Shown here piece by piece: positions 50,890 through 62,450 of a stretch of 64,000 bases of DNA; position 1 is the stretch's first letter, and each line of letters begins with the position of its first letter. Source of the DNA: Pachysolen tannophilus NRRL Y-2460 (taxonomy: Eukaryota); the NCBI GenBank assembly GCA_001661245.1, contig KV454015.1, positions 794,924 through 858,923 on the forward strand, read 5' to 3'. The notes beneath the pieces were generated by a model. The model made no database searches and had not been told where the DNA came from. It was given only the letters and a program-made list of their open reading frames with translations. Made by a program: the position numbers and the translations under genes.

Positions 50890-50970
50890 TTTCAGAAACT
50901 TCTCCTTCTCCGGAAAACTTGTAAATTCTCCTCCTACACGGAAACCCAGATTTTTGTTTATCAGTTTTCT

Positions 50971-50978
50971 CCGGGTAA
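50971..50978 (+). promoter_or_regulatory. Reb1-type site CCGGGTAA in the NOP12/DEP1 divergent promoter
   Basis: Exact consensus followed by poly(dT); another CGGGTAA lies at 54192-54198. Confidence 0.5.
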
Positions 50979-51448
50979 TTTTTTATTTTTTTTATTTTTT
51001 TTAATTTTTTTAATTTTTTTTAATTTTTAATTTTTTTGCTTTTTTTTTACTAGTAAAATCAGATAATTTACTATTTACTATTACTATCATTAATCAATAT
51101 ATATATTTATTATTATTGTTACAAATTTCAATTCATTCGTTATCGAATCACAGATTTTGACTGTTATTCGGGCTAGAAGGGGTTTCTCTTTTTTTGTGGA
51201 TATTTTATATATTTTTTTTGAAAAAAAAAAGAGAAAAAAAAAAGAAAGTTTCTTACTTCACGTTTGTCTTTTAGTAATTTTTATTTTTTTTTTTTAATTT
51301 TTTTAATTTTTTCTTTTTAATTTTATTTTTTTCTTTTGCTCTCCCAAAGAGAAAACCACCCATATAAAAAAATCTAACTAGTTATAACTTATTATAGTTA
51401 ATCCATTACGTTTTACGTTAGTGCTTCATTGAAAGGATTTCAGCTGAT

Positions 51449-53227
51449 ATGACTACGGATGAAGATAGTCGTATTCAAAAGGATAATAGAATCAGCAACA
51501 TTAATCGTAAGTAATGGATAAAAGTTATTTTTTATTATTATTATTGATTTACTAACACGTTATTATTTATTTAATATATATATATATATATGTATATGAT
51601 AGTTGGAAATACATCTCCATTGACCGATATTCAAACATCGCCACTGAAGGCCCAATTTGAGATTTCTTTAGAAAATCGTAATAATAATAATAATAATAAT
51701 AATAATTTTTCTCTGGATAGGAAGGGACAACAATCATTATTAGAAAGATCTGAAGAAGTGATAAACGAAAAAAATTTTAATCTGTATAGTAATATATCGG
51801 ATTCAAGTTCGGAATTAAGTGATATTAATAGTTCTGAAGCAGAAACAGATAGAATGGAGTTTAGTGATGGTATTAGTGATTTGAAAAGGATGTCAGAAGA
51901 GGTTGTTGATCATGGATCGAAAGAAGCTTCACTGGAGGTTACTGGTATGATAGTGGGTGATGATAGTAAGAATGATAATAGCAATGTTCTTGCCAATGGC
52001 AGTGCAATTGATAATGGCAATTCAAATGGAAATGGAAATATCAGTGAGAGTGAGAACCATGAGGATGGTGCAGATTTGTCGGAACACAAACCCCATAATA
52101 ATGATAATGATAATGATAATGAGGTTGACAAAATGAATCAAGACAAGGACAAGGAAAAAGTTTTAGGTTCTGAGAACGAAAACGATGATAATGAGAATAA
52201 AAAAAATATAAAACAAAAGAAGAGAAGAATACTAGATGAGGAAGATGATCTTGATGGTGATGCCCATGATAGTGGTCATGCCGATGGTAATGGTAGTGGT
52301 AATAGTGACGGGGATGGGGATCGTAGTAAGAAAAGGAAACCGTCACTGGATTTGTCACCATCGCTGAAACCTGATAACGCTAATGTAGTAGCCGGAGTGA
52401 AAGAAGAAGAAGAGGATCTGGTCAAGAAATCATACACAGAAGTAGAGGAAGAAGAAGATGCCGCTGGAGAGGCTGGGGAAGATGAAGATGAAGATGAAGA
52501 CGAAGATGAAGATGAAGAAGATGAGGAAGAGGAAGAAGAAGAACAAAACAGGACACTGGAGCAACAGGCACAAGATGAATTTAAAGAAAAACAAGAACAG
52601 GAAAGACAGTTGTTACGTCAAGAGGCTATCAAAGATTTGACAGATATTGAAATTGGTTTTGCTAAATTAAAGGATAATTTGTACAGTTTAAAGCTTTCTA
52701 AATTGAAACATGAATTAAATCTTTGTCTTAATGGATCTCACCCAGATTTTGTCAAAATATTAAACAGAATAAATAAAAATTTTGATAAGAAATTAAAAAT
52801 TTTGGTGATGGCACAACATTATAAATTAAATTGTATAAATAATCAAACAAAGGCATTTAGATATCTGATTCATCAACAATATTGGAAAAATTGTCAAGAT
52901 TTAAAGCTCAAGATGGTTGAAGAAACTACAACCAAATGGTATGAAATTAATACAGAAAGAAGAATGATGGATCAATTACCTTTATTACAACAAGATCCAG
53001 GAGAAGAATATTATGATGAAAATAATTATGAACCTATTAGAGATCGTTTTACCAATATTTATAGTAGGAAATTTTTTAATGCTGAAAATAATTGCATTTT
53101 ATTCAATGAAATTGATGTTTTGAATAGGTTAAAAGATAGGTATGGGTTCCCATCAGCTGTTTCAAACTTGACTTCTGCTGAAGATAGAGAAATTGATGAA
53201 GATTTATATGCAATGGGCATTTTATGA
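51449..53227 (+). CDS. DEP1: Rpd3L subunit Dep1 (Sds3-like domain), 2 exons (51449-51506, 51603-53227)
   Basis: Intron 51507-51602 (GTAAGT..TACTAAC..TAG) is in frame. Motifs SEAETDRM, AIKDLTDIEIGFAKLKDNLY, C..GSHP and WYEINTERR. Close to CYS3 as in S. cerevisiae. Confidence 0.82.
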
Positions 53228-53447
53228 ATTAAATTTAGATTTTTTTTTTTTGTAATTATAATTATAAGGATCTTTTTTCTTTTTTTTTTTTTTATTTATT
53301 TGCTTTGTTTGCGGATTAACAATATAAAATAACAATTAATTATATATATATATTATAATATACATATATATAAAGAAAAACACAACCATTACTCTTTTTT
53401 TCTCTTTTCACAATTTTGGTAAAAAAATAATAAAAAAATAAAATTAT

Positions 53448-54062
53448 TTAGAAAGGTAATAATTTACTACCACCTTTACCTTTACCACCATGTCTAACGG
53501 GAGTATAAGTAATAGAAAATTCACCCAAGTAATGACCAACCATTTCTGGTTTAATTTCAACTTGGTTAAAAGTTTTACCGTTATAAACACCAATAACACT
53601 ACCAATCATTTCTGGAACAACAATCATGTTTCTTAAATGAGTCTTAACAACTGGTGGTTTTTCATTTGGTTGAGCAGCTAATCTTGCCTTTCTCAATTTG
53701 TTCATTAAACCCATTGGTTTCGAGTTTAAACCTCTTGAAAATCTTCTTCTAACTCTTGCATGGCATAATTTAGCAAATTCTTCTGTTTCCAAGTCTAATA
53801 ACTTGGTCAAGTCAACACCTCTGTATGAGTATGATTTAAAAGTTCTACCTTTTTTTGGAGCTAAATAAAATAAATAAGGAAAAAAAAAGAATAAATAGTT
53901 AGTATTCAAGTTTAAATTTTACTATTATCAAAGAGTTTATGTAATGTATTGTACACCTTTTGATTTCATCTTGCGATCCCACTTTCAACACTCAAAAGTA
54001 TATCCATACATATATAACTCCAACTCAAATAAACTCTCTCATTACTTACCAACTGCAGACAT
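53448..54062 (-). CDS. RPS15: 40S ribosomal protein S15 (uS19), 2 exons (54062-54050, 53860-53448)
   Basis: Intron 54049-53861 (GTAAGT..TACTAAC..TAG). The product is [22 protein letters not shown]...[17 protein letters not shown]. Confidence 0.97.
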
Positions 54063-54189
54063 ATTCAACTATGATTATCTATAATTTAGTAATAGCTAAA
54101 ATATTTTAATATATATATATATATATATAAATTATATTATTATTGGTTTTTCACCTACCTTTTTTTTCTTTTTTTTCTTTCTCTTTTTT

Positions 54190-54680
54190 GGCGGGTAAAA
54201 AAAAAAAAAAAAAAAATTTTTGTGAAAATAATTAAAAGGGTAGTGTCGTTGAAAGCCAAAACCCTAAAAAGGAAACTAACTTTGTAATAGAAAAAATTAA
54301 CTAGTTTTATTATTAGTACTGGTAATTACACGTTTAATTGCTTGATGCACACCAAAATACAAAAAACACAAAGACTGACATTTACTTAGTGCATTAGTGC
54401 AGATTGTGACTGTGAAAAATTTTGAAAAAAAAATTCGCAAAAAAAGAAAAAATAATTAATGGAAAGTAGTGTAAATTTCATCCATGCGGAAAAATAAAAA
54501 AGCAAAAAAAAATTTTTGACAGAAAAGCCGCCTGAAAGCTGCCTAGAATCTCCCTAGAGGCCGCCTGGGAACCGCCTAAACACTTTCCCAGACACCCTCC
54601 AGACACCGCAAGAGGAAAACAGGCGGAAAAAAAAAACAAAATTAAAAGTTCGCACCCGTTTTGTAGGTGGTAAACGTAAT
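54190..54680. promoter_or_regulatory. Divergent RPS15/RPP2 ribosomal-protein promoter
   Basis: CGGGTAA (54192), AACCCTAA (about 54260), TGTGACTG Homol-D (54405-54412), TGAAAAATTT (54413), and a GC-rich patch with GCCTA/GCCTG repeats (about 54527-54580). Confidence 0.6.
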
Positions 54681-54804
54681 TACAGCGTTGGTGAAGGAAG
54701 AAGACATAATTTTTCATTACTTTACATTATTGATATATTAATGAAAAATTAGTTTAACTTTTTTTTTTTTTTATCTTGGATTATCCAGTTAGATTAGAAT
54801 TCAA

Positions 54805-55021
54805 GTAAGTATAGTTTGTTGAGATTAGTTAGAGAACTGAGTTTTATTTTGTTTTTTCTTTTTTATAAACTATAGAGATTCAAGGTTTCTCAGTCATTGA
54901 TACTCATATACAAGAGTTCTTTTTCTTTTTCTTCTTTTTTTTTTTTGGCTTTGGCTTTTGGCTTTTACTAACTTCATTAATTTTTTTTCCTTCTTTTTTC
55001 TCTCTTTCGCTTTTATATTAG
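54805..55021 (+). other. 5'-UTR intron of RPP2
   Basis: GTAAGT at 54805, TACTAAC at 54966-54972, a polypyrimidine tract, and TAG ending at 55021, one nt before the ATG. Confidence 0.8.
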
Positions 55022-55022
55022 A

Positions 55023-55352
55023 ATGAAATATATTGCTGCTTACTTATTGTTGGCTTCTGCCGGTAATGCTTCTCCATCTGCTGCTGATGTTACAAAAGTT
55101 TTGGAATCAGTAGGTATCGAAGTTGATGCTGAAAAATTATCAAAATTGATTTCTGAAGTTGAAGGAAAATCTGTTGAAGAATTGATTGCTGAAGGTAACG
55201 AGAAATTATCCAGTGTTCCAACTGGTGGTGCTGTTGCCGCTTCGAGCGGTGCTGCTGCTGCAGGTGGTGCTGATGAAGTTGCTGCTGAAGAAGAAAAAGA
55301 AGAAGCTAAAGAAGAATCAGATGACGATATGGGTTTCGGTTTATTCGATTAG
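55023..55352 (+). CDS. RPP2: 60S acidic ribosomal stalk protein P2
   Basis: [11 protein letters not shown]-terminus and [14 protein letters not shown]-terminus. Confidence 0.97.
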   Translation: MKYIAAYLLLASAGNASPSAADVTKVLESVGIEVDAEKLSKLISEVEGKSVEELIAEGNEKLSSVPTGGAVAASSGAAAAGGADEVAAEEEKEEAKEESDDDMGFGLFD

Positions 55353-55570
55353 ATTAAAATAATTTAAAAGAAAAGAAAAGAAAAAATTAAGTAAATATAT
55401 TATCCATATATATATATATATTCTAATAGATAGCTATATCGATAATGTCGACTTTTAACTACTTTATATCTTGTATTTCGTTTGTATTATCTCGTGATGT
55501 GGCTCAATTTGTAATTTTTTCACAAAATGTAGTAAGAAATGAAAAATGAAAAATTATATATAAATATTTA

Positions 55571-55607
<37 letters not shown>

Positions 55608-55664
55608 AGAAGGTGATTATTTATTTGTGATTCTTTTTTTTTGGTGCTAATCATTGTATTTATT

Positions 55665-56987
55665 ATGTTCAAAAGATTTATAACAATTTCTGAAAAGTCT
55701 AACCAACTTAGGAGAACTGGTTCATTAAATCAAATCACTAGACATGCAAGATTATTTTCATCTACTATTTGTAAACTTGATGATGTGAATGAAATTTCCA
55801 AAAATTCTGGTTTTGGTACAAGAGCTGTACATGCTGGTTCTCATCCTGATCCTGTGACAGGAGCAGTTATTGCTCCAATTTCATTATCTACAACTTTTGC
55901 TCAAACTGCTCCATCAAAACCAATTGGTATTTATGAATATTCAAGATCTTCAAATCCAAATAGAGATAATTTTGAAAAATGTATTGCTTCTTTAGAAAAT
56001 GCAAAATATGGTCTTGCATTTGCATCAGGAAGTGCTACTATTGGTACTATAGTTCATAGTTTAAATGTTGGAGATGAAATTATTAGTGTTGCAGATGTTT
56101 ATGGTGGGACTCATAGATATTTTACAAAAGTTGCAAATAATACTGGTATTAAAACTTTTTTTTCAAATAATATTGAAAATGAATTAATAAATTTACTTAA
56201 TAAAAATACAAAATTAATTTGGATTGAAACTCCTTCAAATCCTACATTAACTTTAACTGATATTGAAAAAGTTTCTCAAATTATTAAAAATTTTAAAAAA
56301 TCAAATAATATTACTCATGATATTAAATTGGTTGTTGATAATACTTTTTTATCACCTTATATTCAAAACCCATTGGATCAAGGTGCTGATATTGTTATAC
56401 ACTCTGTAACTAAATATATTAATGGTCATAGTGATGTTGTAATGGGGGTATTGGCAACAAATAGTGATAAATATTATCAAGAATTAAAATTCTTACAAAA
56501 TGCTACTGGTTCAGTTCCTTCTCCTTTTGATTCATGGTTAGCTCATAGAGGTGTTAAAACTTTACACTTAAGAGTGAAAAGAGCATCAGACTCTGCTTTA
56601 GCAATAGCCAAATACTTGTCTCAATCTCCTTACGTTTCTAAAGTAAGTTATCCAGCTCTTAGTTCGGGTCCACAACATGATATCTTTGTTAAACAACATA
56701 ATCACCAATTAGGTGGAGGTATGATTTCTTTTAGAATTAAAGGTGGATTAAAACTGGCAAATAAATTTGTTTCAAATACCAATATCTTTGCATTAGCAGA
56801 ATCATTAGGTGGTATAGAATCATTATTAGAAGTCCCAGCTAGTATGACCCACTCTGGTATAAGCATTGAAGAAAGAGAAAAAAGTGGTGTATTTGATGAT
56901 TTAGTCAGGTTAAGTGTTGGTATTGAAGATCAAGAAGACTTGATCAAAGATATAGAACAAGCTTTAAAAATAGCAACTACCAACTAA
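55665..56987 (+). CDS. CYS3: Cystathionine gamma-lyase with an N-terminal presequence-like extension
   Basis: FGTRAVHAG, YEYSRSSNPNR, WIETPSNP, VVDNTF, the PLP lysine in HSVTKYINGHSD, and LAESLGGIESL. First ATG is at 55665. Confidence 0.93.
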   Translation: MFKRFITISEKSNQLRRTGSLNQITRHARLFSSTICKLDDVNEISKNSGFGTRAVHAGSHPDPVTGAVIAPISLSTTFAQTAPSKPIGIYEYSRSSNPNRDNFEKCIASLENAKYGLAFASGSATIGTIVHSLNVGDEIISVADVYGGTHRYFTKVANNTGIKTFFSNNIENELINLLNKNTKLIWIETPSNPTLTLTDIEKVSQIIKNFKKSNNITHDIKLVVDNTFLSPYIQNPLDQGADIVIHSVTKYINGHSDVVMGVLATNSDKYYQELKFLQNATGSVPSPFDSWLAHRGVKTLHLRVKRASDSALAIAKYLSQSPYVSKVSYPALSSGPQHDIFVKQHNHQLGGGMISFRIKGGLKLANKFVSNTNIFALAESLGGIESLLEVPASMTHSGISIEEREKSGVFDDLVRLSVGIEDQEDLIKDIEQALKIATTN

Positions 56988-57225
56988 TGGATAAACTAAT
57001 ATATATATATATATACATATATACATTTTATTTAGATAGAGCTTTATAATGATAATTGATAAATATATAGAAAATAAAGACTTTTGCACTTTTAAAGAAA
57101 AAAATTTGGTTTAAAAAAATGGTTTAAAAAATATATTTGTATATAAATATATGAAAAATTAATTAAATTTTCTTTTTTAATATATATATATATATATATT
57201 AAAGGCTATCATCAAACTGATAAGT

Positions 57226-57729
57226 ATGATTGGAAGGAATTTGATAAGGTATAGTGTCTTATCCACGGTGAATAAGTCGACACCGTATGGAATGATTTTC
57301 ATAAATAGACTCTCATCGACATCCATTGCATATCAACAACAACATCATCATAAAGAAAAATCATTACCAACATCAAGAGAAGATCAACTATTAGATTCAA
57401 TACCTTCGAAATCTAAGGAAATCCAATCCAGAATAGATGTGTTGAATCAGAAGACAAAATTTTTGAAACAACTGTCAGTTTTAGAATCACAAGATTTAAA
57501 CTCATTGAAACCCAGGATTTCAGATTTCAAATTACCCATCTTGAATTTCTTCATAACGAGTATGACAATATATTTAGCTTTACAATGGATTTGGTTATAT
57601 TTAGAGAAAGAAGAGCAAGCAAGAACTTATAGAGAATGTGTTATAAAATTAGAAAATGAAATTCAAGAAATATTAGATGAAAAGGATGAAAAGCAAAATA
57701 AATGGTTTGGATGGCTTTGGAAACATTAA
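57226..57729 (+). CDS. Small mitochondrial inner-membrane protein, Ina17-like (tentative)
   Basis: Presequence-like N-terminus, one TM segment (PILNFFITSMTIYLALQWIWLYLE), a coiled coil and a Trp-rich C-terminus. Confidence 0.55.
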   Translation: MIGRNLIRYSVLSTVNKSTPYGMIFINRLSSTSIAYQQQHHHKEKSLPTSREDQLLDSIPSKSKEIQSRIDVLNQKTKFLKQLSVLESQDLNSLKPRISDFKLPILNFFITSMTIYLALQWIWLYLEKEEQARTYRECVIKLENEIQEILDEKDEKQNKWFGWLWKH

Positions 57730-57789
57730 AAATTATATAAACGTTTAGTTATATATATATATATATACGAAATAAATGCAAATTATTTT

Positions 57790-58635
57790 TCAATTTTCTG
57801 ATTTACCTTCTTCTAGTTCATGTGATTTATCAAAGATCTGTTGTAAATTGTACTTACACAACCGGTCATAATCATCCAAGACACTCATTCCAACATTGGT
57901 TTTGAAACATTCAATTAATATCAACTTATCGTAATTTTTCAAATCAACACTATGTCCATGTTCAGTTCCAACACATCCAGCAACAGCTTTAATGATATCC
58001 ATTTTTTCTAACAGACTGAAGTTTCTTCTATTGATTTGAATAGCAAATTTTAAAGGTTTTTGATCTTTTTCCAGTTGGAAATGAGGTTTCAAAATTTTCT
58101 TGGACAATTTAATAACTTCTTCTAATGAAGCAGAACATGATGAATCTATAGGAGATAATCTTTGGGTGTACCTTGTAGTCTTTATCTTGGAATCAAATGC
58201 CTCTTGACAATATCTGTGACAAAATTCTGAAGGAACAATTGGCTTCTTACATTGTAAGAAAATTAAGCACTCACATCCTAATTTAGTTTCTTTTATTAAA
58301 GCATTAGATTTTTTTTTATCATCATTATTGGCCTTTAATTCTAATAATTCCTTCTTAATTTGATCTTCAATCAATAATTCTTTTTTAACATCTTCATTCC
58401 CATCCTCCTCAACATTATCATTACCTTCTGTCATAGCCAATAAATCAGCATGATAATATTCTTCAATCTTTTCACCAAACAGTAACTTCAACTCTTTAAT
58501 ACATTGAGCTTCTCTTCCTTTCGTACAAGTAGCATATATCCCATATTGGCCAGGTTCCACAATACCAGAAGAAAGCTTGAACTTCTTAAACTTCTGATCT
58601 CTATTATCCCTATTCTGATTTTTTCTCTTTGCCAT
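57790..58635 (-). CDS. TAN1: THUMP-domain tRNA acetyltransferase adaptor Tan1
   Basis: GIYATCTKGRE, TRYTQRLSPI, HSVDLKNYDKLILIECFK and KYNLQQI; ATG at 58635. Confidence 0.93.
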   Translation of the reverse strand: MAKRKNQNRDNRDQKFKKFKLSSGIVEPGQYGIYATCTKGREAQCIKELKLLFGEKIEEYYHADLLAMTEGNDNVEEDGNEDVKKELLIEDQIKKELLELKANNDDKKKSNALIKETKLGCECLIFLQCKKPIVPSEFCHRYCQEAFDSKIKTTRYTQRLSPIDSSCSASLEEVIKLSKKILKPHFQLEKDQKPLKFAIQINRRNFSLLEKMDIIKAVAGCVGTEHGHSVDLKNYDKLILIECFKTNVGMSVLDDYDRLCKYNLQQIFDKSHELEEGKSEN

Positions 58636-58812
58636 TTTCCTCAATCTTCTCTTGTATTGTTCAACTGTTCTCTTTTGTTGATTTAAAAAAGTGAAAATTT
58701 TATTTTTTGTATCTGCATCTACATTCTAGAAAAGAAAATTATGGTATTAAAGATATTATACTCATTATTTGATTTAGAACAAGTTTCAAATTGTCTTTTA
58801 ATGGAATACTAG

Positions 58813-60147
58813 ATGAAAGCAATAATAATATTCTCGCTTCTTGTTGCGATTTCAGTTAGTACGTCGTCGCAGTATCCAATAGAAGATTTAATTTGTCCAG
58901 ATTTAAATCCAGATAATTGCTATCCAAAAATATTTAAACCATCAAATGAATGGCAAACTATTAAAGAAGGTCAAGAGATTCCAGCTGGATTACATATTAG
59001 AGTTAACGTTGACACTTTGTTGAAAGAAGCCAAATTGATTGATAATTCAGAGAATTTAGAGATTTCATCTAGTGAGAATCTGGCAGTTGTTATAGTTGAT
59101 CAAGATCAAACACAAGAACAGGATATCAAAGATAATAATAATCAAAGAAAAATGGGCTCATACTCTCATAAGCCAAATAGCAAGATACCTTTGGAAGAAA
59201 AGAATGAGTTTACTGAGTCAATAGATACATTAAGCAATTTATTGTCATTGTCGCCTGATTCAACTTTTTCAAAAGAGAATATTTTCACTTCATTGGATAC
59301 ATTAATCGAATTATCTCATGATATCGATTTTGGTATTACACTTTCAACATTTAAAAATTTCCAAACTTTACTATATTTGTCAGGATTATCTCCCATCAAA
59401 TCAGATTTGAGTAGATTAACCGAGAGATTGAATGAACAAGAGATTTTCGAGTTGAAAGAGAAATCTTTAAGAATTATTGGCTCTACGTTACGTAATAACC
59501 CTATTGCATTACTGAATTTTTTGAATAATGATCAAGATCAAAAACCAGGAGTAGTAGTTAAGAATATTTTTGAAAAATTGAAATCAAATGATAATAATAT
59601 CATAAACAATAGAATGTTGAGCATTTTAGATATTTTGACTGAAACTCAAGATGGTGAAAATTATATTAATTTAACTGATGGTAAAGCAAAATTGTTAGCC
59701 CAATACATTCATTTTCCAAAAGACTCTCAGCTTAAAATCTTGCAAATTTTGGAAAATATGGAACAAAGAAGACTGTTAAACAAAAGGAACGAAGAACAGA
59801 AAAATATAAAAGATTTAACAGAAGATGAAGTAACAGTAAAATATTCAAATTTTTTAAAAGGAATGCTATCGGATGATCCAAATAACTCAAATTTCAAACA
59901 GATCTTTATGAATCTTGTGCAGTTAAAAAAGGATAAAAATAAATTAGTCAAAGTTGATAGCGATTTTTTGAATTGGTTAACCGATGAAATTAAAAGAAGG
60001 AAAACAGACCCTGTGTTGGTTAAAATGGACAACGATGATCTTAAAGACAAAAATAGCGAACGGTTCGATCAATATATGTTGAAAGCGAGACATGAGGTTT
60101 TTGGAAACCCAATGGGTCTTAGAAAGGCACTAGTAGATGAGTTATGA
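58813..60147 (+). CDS. SIL1: ER BiP nucleotide-exchange factor Sil1
   Basis: Signal peptide, [37 protein letters not shown] and C-terminal VDEL. Confidence 0.93.
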   Translation: MKAIIIFSLLVAISVSTSSQYPIEDLICPDLNPDNCYPKIFKPSNEWQTIKEGQEIPAGLHIRVNVDTLLKEAKLIDNSENLEISSSENLAVVIVDQDQTQEQDIKDNNNQRKMGSYSHKPNSKIPLEEKNEFTESIDTLSNLLSLSPDSTFSKENIFTSLDTLIELSHDIDFGITLSTFKNFQTLLYLSGLSPIKSDLSRLTERLNEQEIFELKEKSLRIIGSTLRNNPIALLNFLNNDQDQKPGVVVKNIFEKLKSNDNNIINNRMLSILDILTETQDGENYINLTDGKAKLLAQYIHFPKDSQLKILQILENMEQRRLLNKRNEEQKNIKDLTEDEVTVKYSNFLKGMLSDDPNNSNFKQIFMNLVQLKKDKNKLVKVDSDFLNWLTDEIKRRKTDPVLVKMDNDDLKDKNSERFDQYMLKARHEVFGNPMGLRKALVDEL

Positions 60148-60433
60148 TTTACTGCTTGATATGATGTGAAATTTTGACTTTTTTTTTTNTTTTTTTTTTT
60201 TTTGGTTTTTCAATTTTTCAGTTTTTAATGGTTTTATTTATCTATTTCTTTTAAATTGATAGAATATTATTTTGTTGTACAGCTAGTTACTTATGTTGTA
60301 AGAATGAAGGTAAAAATATAAAGCATTAAAAATAACAAAAAGAATTGAAAACATTCAAACAATGTTAATAAAATCTCACGGTACAAAATCCATTTAATGA
60401 GCAAATTAAAATTACCAACAAGTGTAATTGTAT

Positions 60434-62161
60434 TCATACTGTTTTTTCAGTACTTCCAAGTGAGTTTAACTGTAAATCAGCAGGATTAACTTGCTCGCCT
60501 GTAGCACTGTTTATTACAATAATCTCCTGATCATCATCAAGTTCTTCACCGTCCACGTACTCAGTCATATCATCAACGTTTCTAGCTGGACCATTGAATT
60601 CTTTTTTACCATAGGCAAAATAGTATATCCACGCAAGTAGCATCACACCAGGAGTAATAACAACTGTGTAATTCATAGTTTCCTTATCAACAGTAGTACC
60701 AGAAGGGAACATGACCATTATTATTACAAAAGTCATGAAGAAAATGGAAATCCAGTTAACTATTGGGGACCAGAATTTACCCAAGTAAAAATCTCCTGGT
60801 ATGAATTTATCACGGCCATAAGTATTCCTCAAGAAAATAGGAACACACCATGCAAAGTAATTACCTGCAATATATAAACTGAATAAAGCATCAGCTGCAG
60901 TGGTTCCAATCAAACAAAGCAATCCCATAATCAAACTTAAAATACCTCCAAACCAAACTGCTCTTAATGGAGTGGATAATTTTTTATTTACCACTTTAAT
61001 ATATTTTGAGAAAGGTAATCCATTATCTCTTGAGAAAGCCCAAATTTGACGGGAAATAGCTGTAAGAATACTTGCACCCATTAACCATTGACATGCAGCA
61101 ATTAATGACATAAATGCAATTGCCCAGTTTTTTCCTAACGAATCGTAGACAATTTGAGCCATTGGCTGACCAAACAGAGTTCCAATAACAGCATCAATAT
61201 CAGTTCTAATGCATGCTCCAACAACAATACAAATGAAAAATCCCAATGAGAAACAAGCAGAAATAGAACCAATAATACCGATTGGAACAGACTTAGTCAG
61301 ATTTCTGGCTTCTTCTGACATATGGACACATGAATCAAATGCACCAATTGTCCAAATAGAAGGCATCCAACCATTCAATACAAAATTCCATCCATTATCC
61401 CAACCACCAGAGAAATTTTGGTAGTTACCAAAAATAAACTTCCCATCATTAAATCCACCCATATTTATTTTAGTTCCAATTGGAACAGCAATGAAGAATA
61501 ACAAGATCAAACCAAGGTTACATATAATGGAGACTGTTTGCAATCTAGAACAAACATGAGATGCAGCACAAGTAATAAAAATGTGCGAAACAACACAAGC
61601 AGCAAATACACCATAAGTCTTTCCTGTTGTCAAAGTGAAATCACCGTCTTTACTTATGTAGACGGCAGCTAAAACTTCATTTGCAAAACCATAATTGACT
61701 GAACATAATGCTCCAACTAAAGCAACACTGTTGGTATTTCCAACTATATAGGAAATAGGAACTTTCCATTTTTCTGGTGCATAAAACCAAGACCAATAAT
61801 AAAGACCACCAGATGTTGGCATCGCACTACCTAACTCAGACATTGAAATACCAATTAATAAAACGAAAAAAGATGCTATAAACCAACCCCAGATCATGCC
61901 AACTGTACCACCAGTTAAAGCTTGGGCCAAGACAGAAGAAATAGAAGGAAGCAATCCCATGATTGAAAATGCAACCCCAAAAACTTGAAGTGTCGAAAAC
62001 TGTCTTCTCAACTCTGCCTTATAACCAATTTCTGCTAGTAACTCATTATCTGTTTGTGCATGTTTTGGATCTATATGACCGGGATCAATATTTCTATATC
62101 TCGATACTGTGACTTTGATTTCAAGATCTTTGTCCTGTGTAGGAGTTTTCGAAAGTGACAT
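60434..62161 (-). CDS. UGA4: APC-family GABA/polyamine permease (Uga4-like)
   Basis: IGYKAELRRQFS, AFSIMGLLPSI, SAMPTSGGLYYW, FDSCVHMSEEA and AFSRDNGLPFS; about 12 TM segments. Confidence 0.85.
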   Translation of the reverse strand: MSLSKTPTQDKDLEIKVTVSRYRNIDPGHIDPKHAQTDNELLAEIGYKAELRRQFSTLQVFGVAFSIMGLLPSISSVLAQALTGGTVGMIWGWFIASFFVLLIGISMSELGSAMPTSGGLYYWSWFYAPEKWKVPISYIVGNTNSVALVGALCSVNYGFANEVLAAVYISKDGDFTLTTGKTYGVFAACVVSHIFITCAASHVCSRLQTVSIICNLGLILLFFIAVPIGTKINMGGFNDGKFIFGNYQNFSGGWDNGWNFVLNGWMPSIWTIGAFDSCVHMSEEARNLTKSVPIGIIGSISACFSLGFFICIVVGACIRTDIDAVIGTLFGQPMAQIVYDSLGKNWAIAFMSLIAACQWLMGASILTAISRQIWAFSRDNGLPFSKYIKVVNKKLSTPLRAVWFGGILSLIMGLLCLIGTTAADALFSLYIAGNYFAWCVPIFLRNTYGRDKFIPGDFYLGKFWSPIVNWISIFFMTFVIIMVMFPSGTTVDKETMNYTVVITPGVMLLAWIYYFAYGKKEFNGPARNVDDMTEYVDGEELDDDQEIIVINSATGEQVNPADLQLNSLGSTEKTV

Positions 62162-62441
62162 CGCTAAGGTTGTTGTTCAAGGTGTCTCTATGTTTCCTGG
62201 GAAAAATTTGGATCAATATATGCATTGAAGCGATATATATATGTATATATATATAGAGACATATATAGTTCCGCTAAGACACTACGAATCTAATCACAGA
62301 TAAGCCCTATAATAAGAATATCCGCCTGTAGAATACACGACAACCTGGTAGATCGCAATCAAGATAAAGATTGATAAAAAGATAAATGAAAAGAAAGTGG
62401 AAAAAAAAAAATGCCGATGAAAAAAAAAGAAAAAAGTTAGT

Positions 62442-62450
62442 TCACGTGAC
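62442..62450. promoter_or_regulatory. Cbf1-type E-box TCACGTGAC upstream of the permease
   Basis: Exact consensus match. Confidence 0.5.

Noticed and set aside
60062..60070. GGTTCGATC T-loop/B-box-like sequence
   Set aside because: Lies within the SIL1 coding region with no cloverleaf.
62442..62450. TCACGTGAC as CDEI of a point centromere
   Set aside because: No very AT-rich CDEII of suitable length followed by a CDEIII; better explained as a promoter Cbf1 site.
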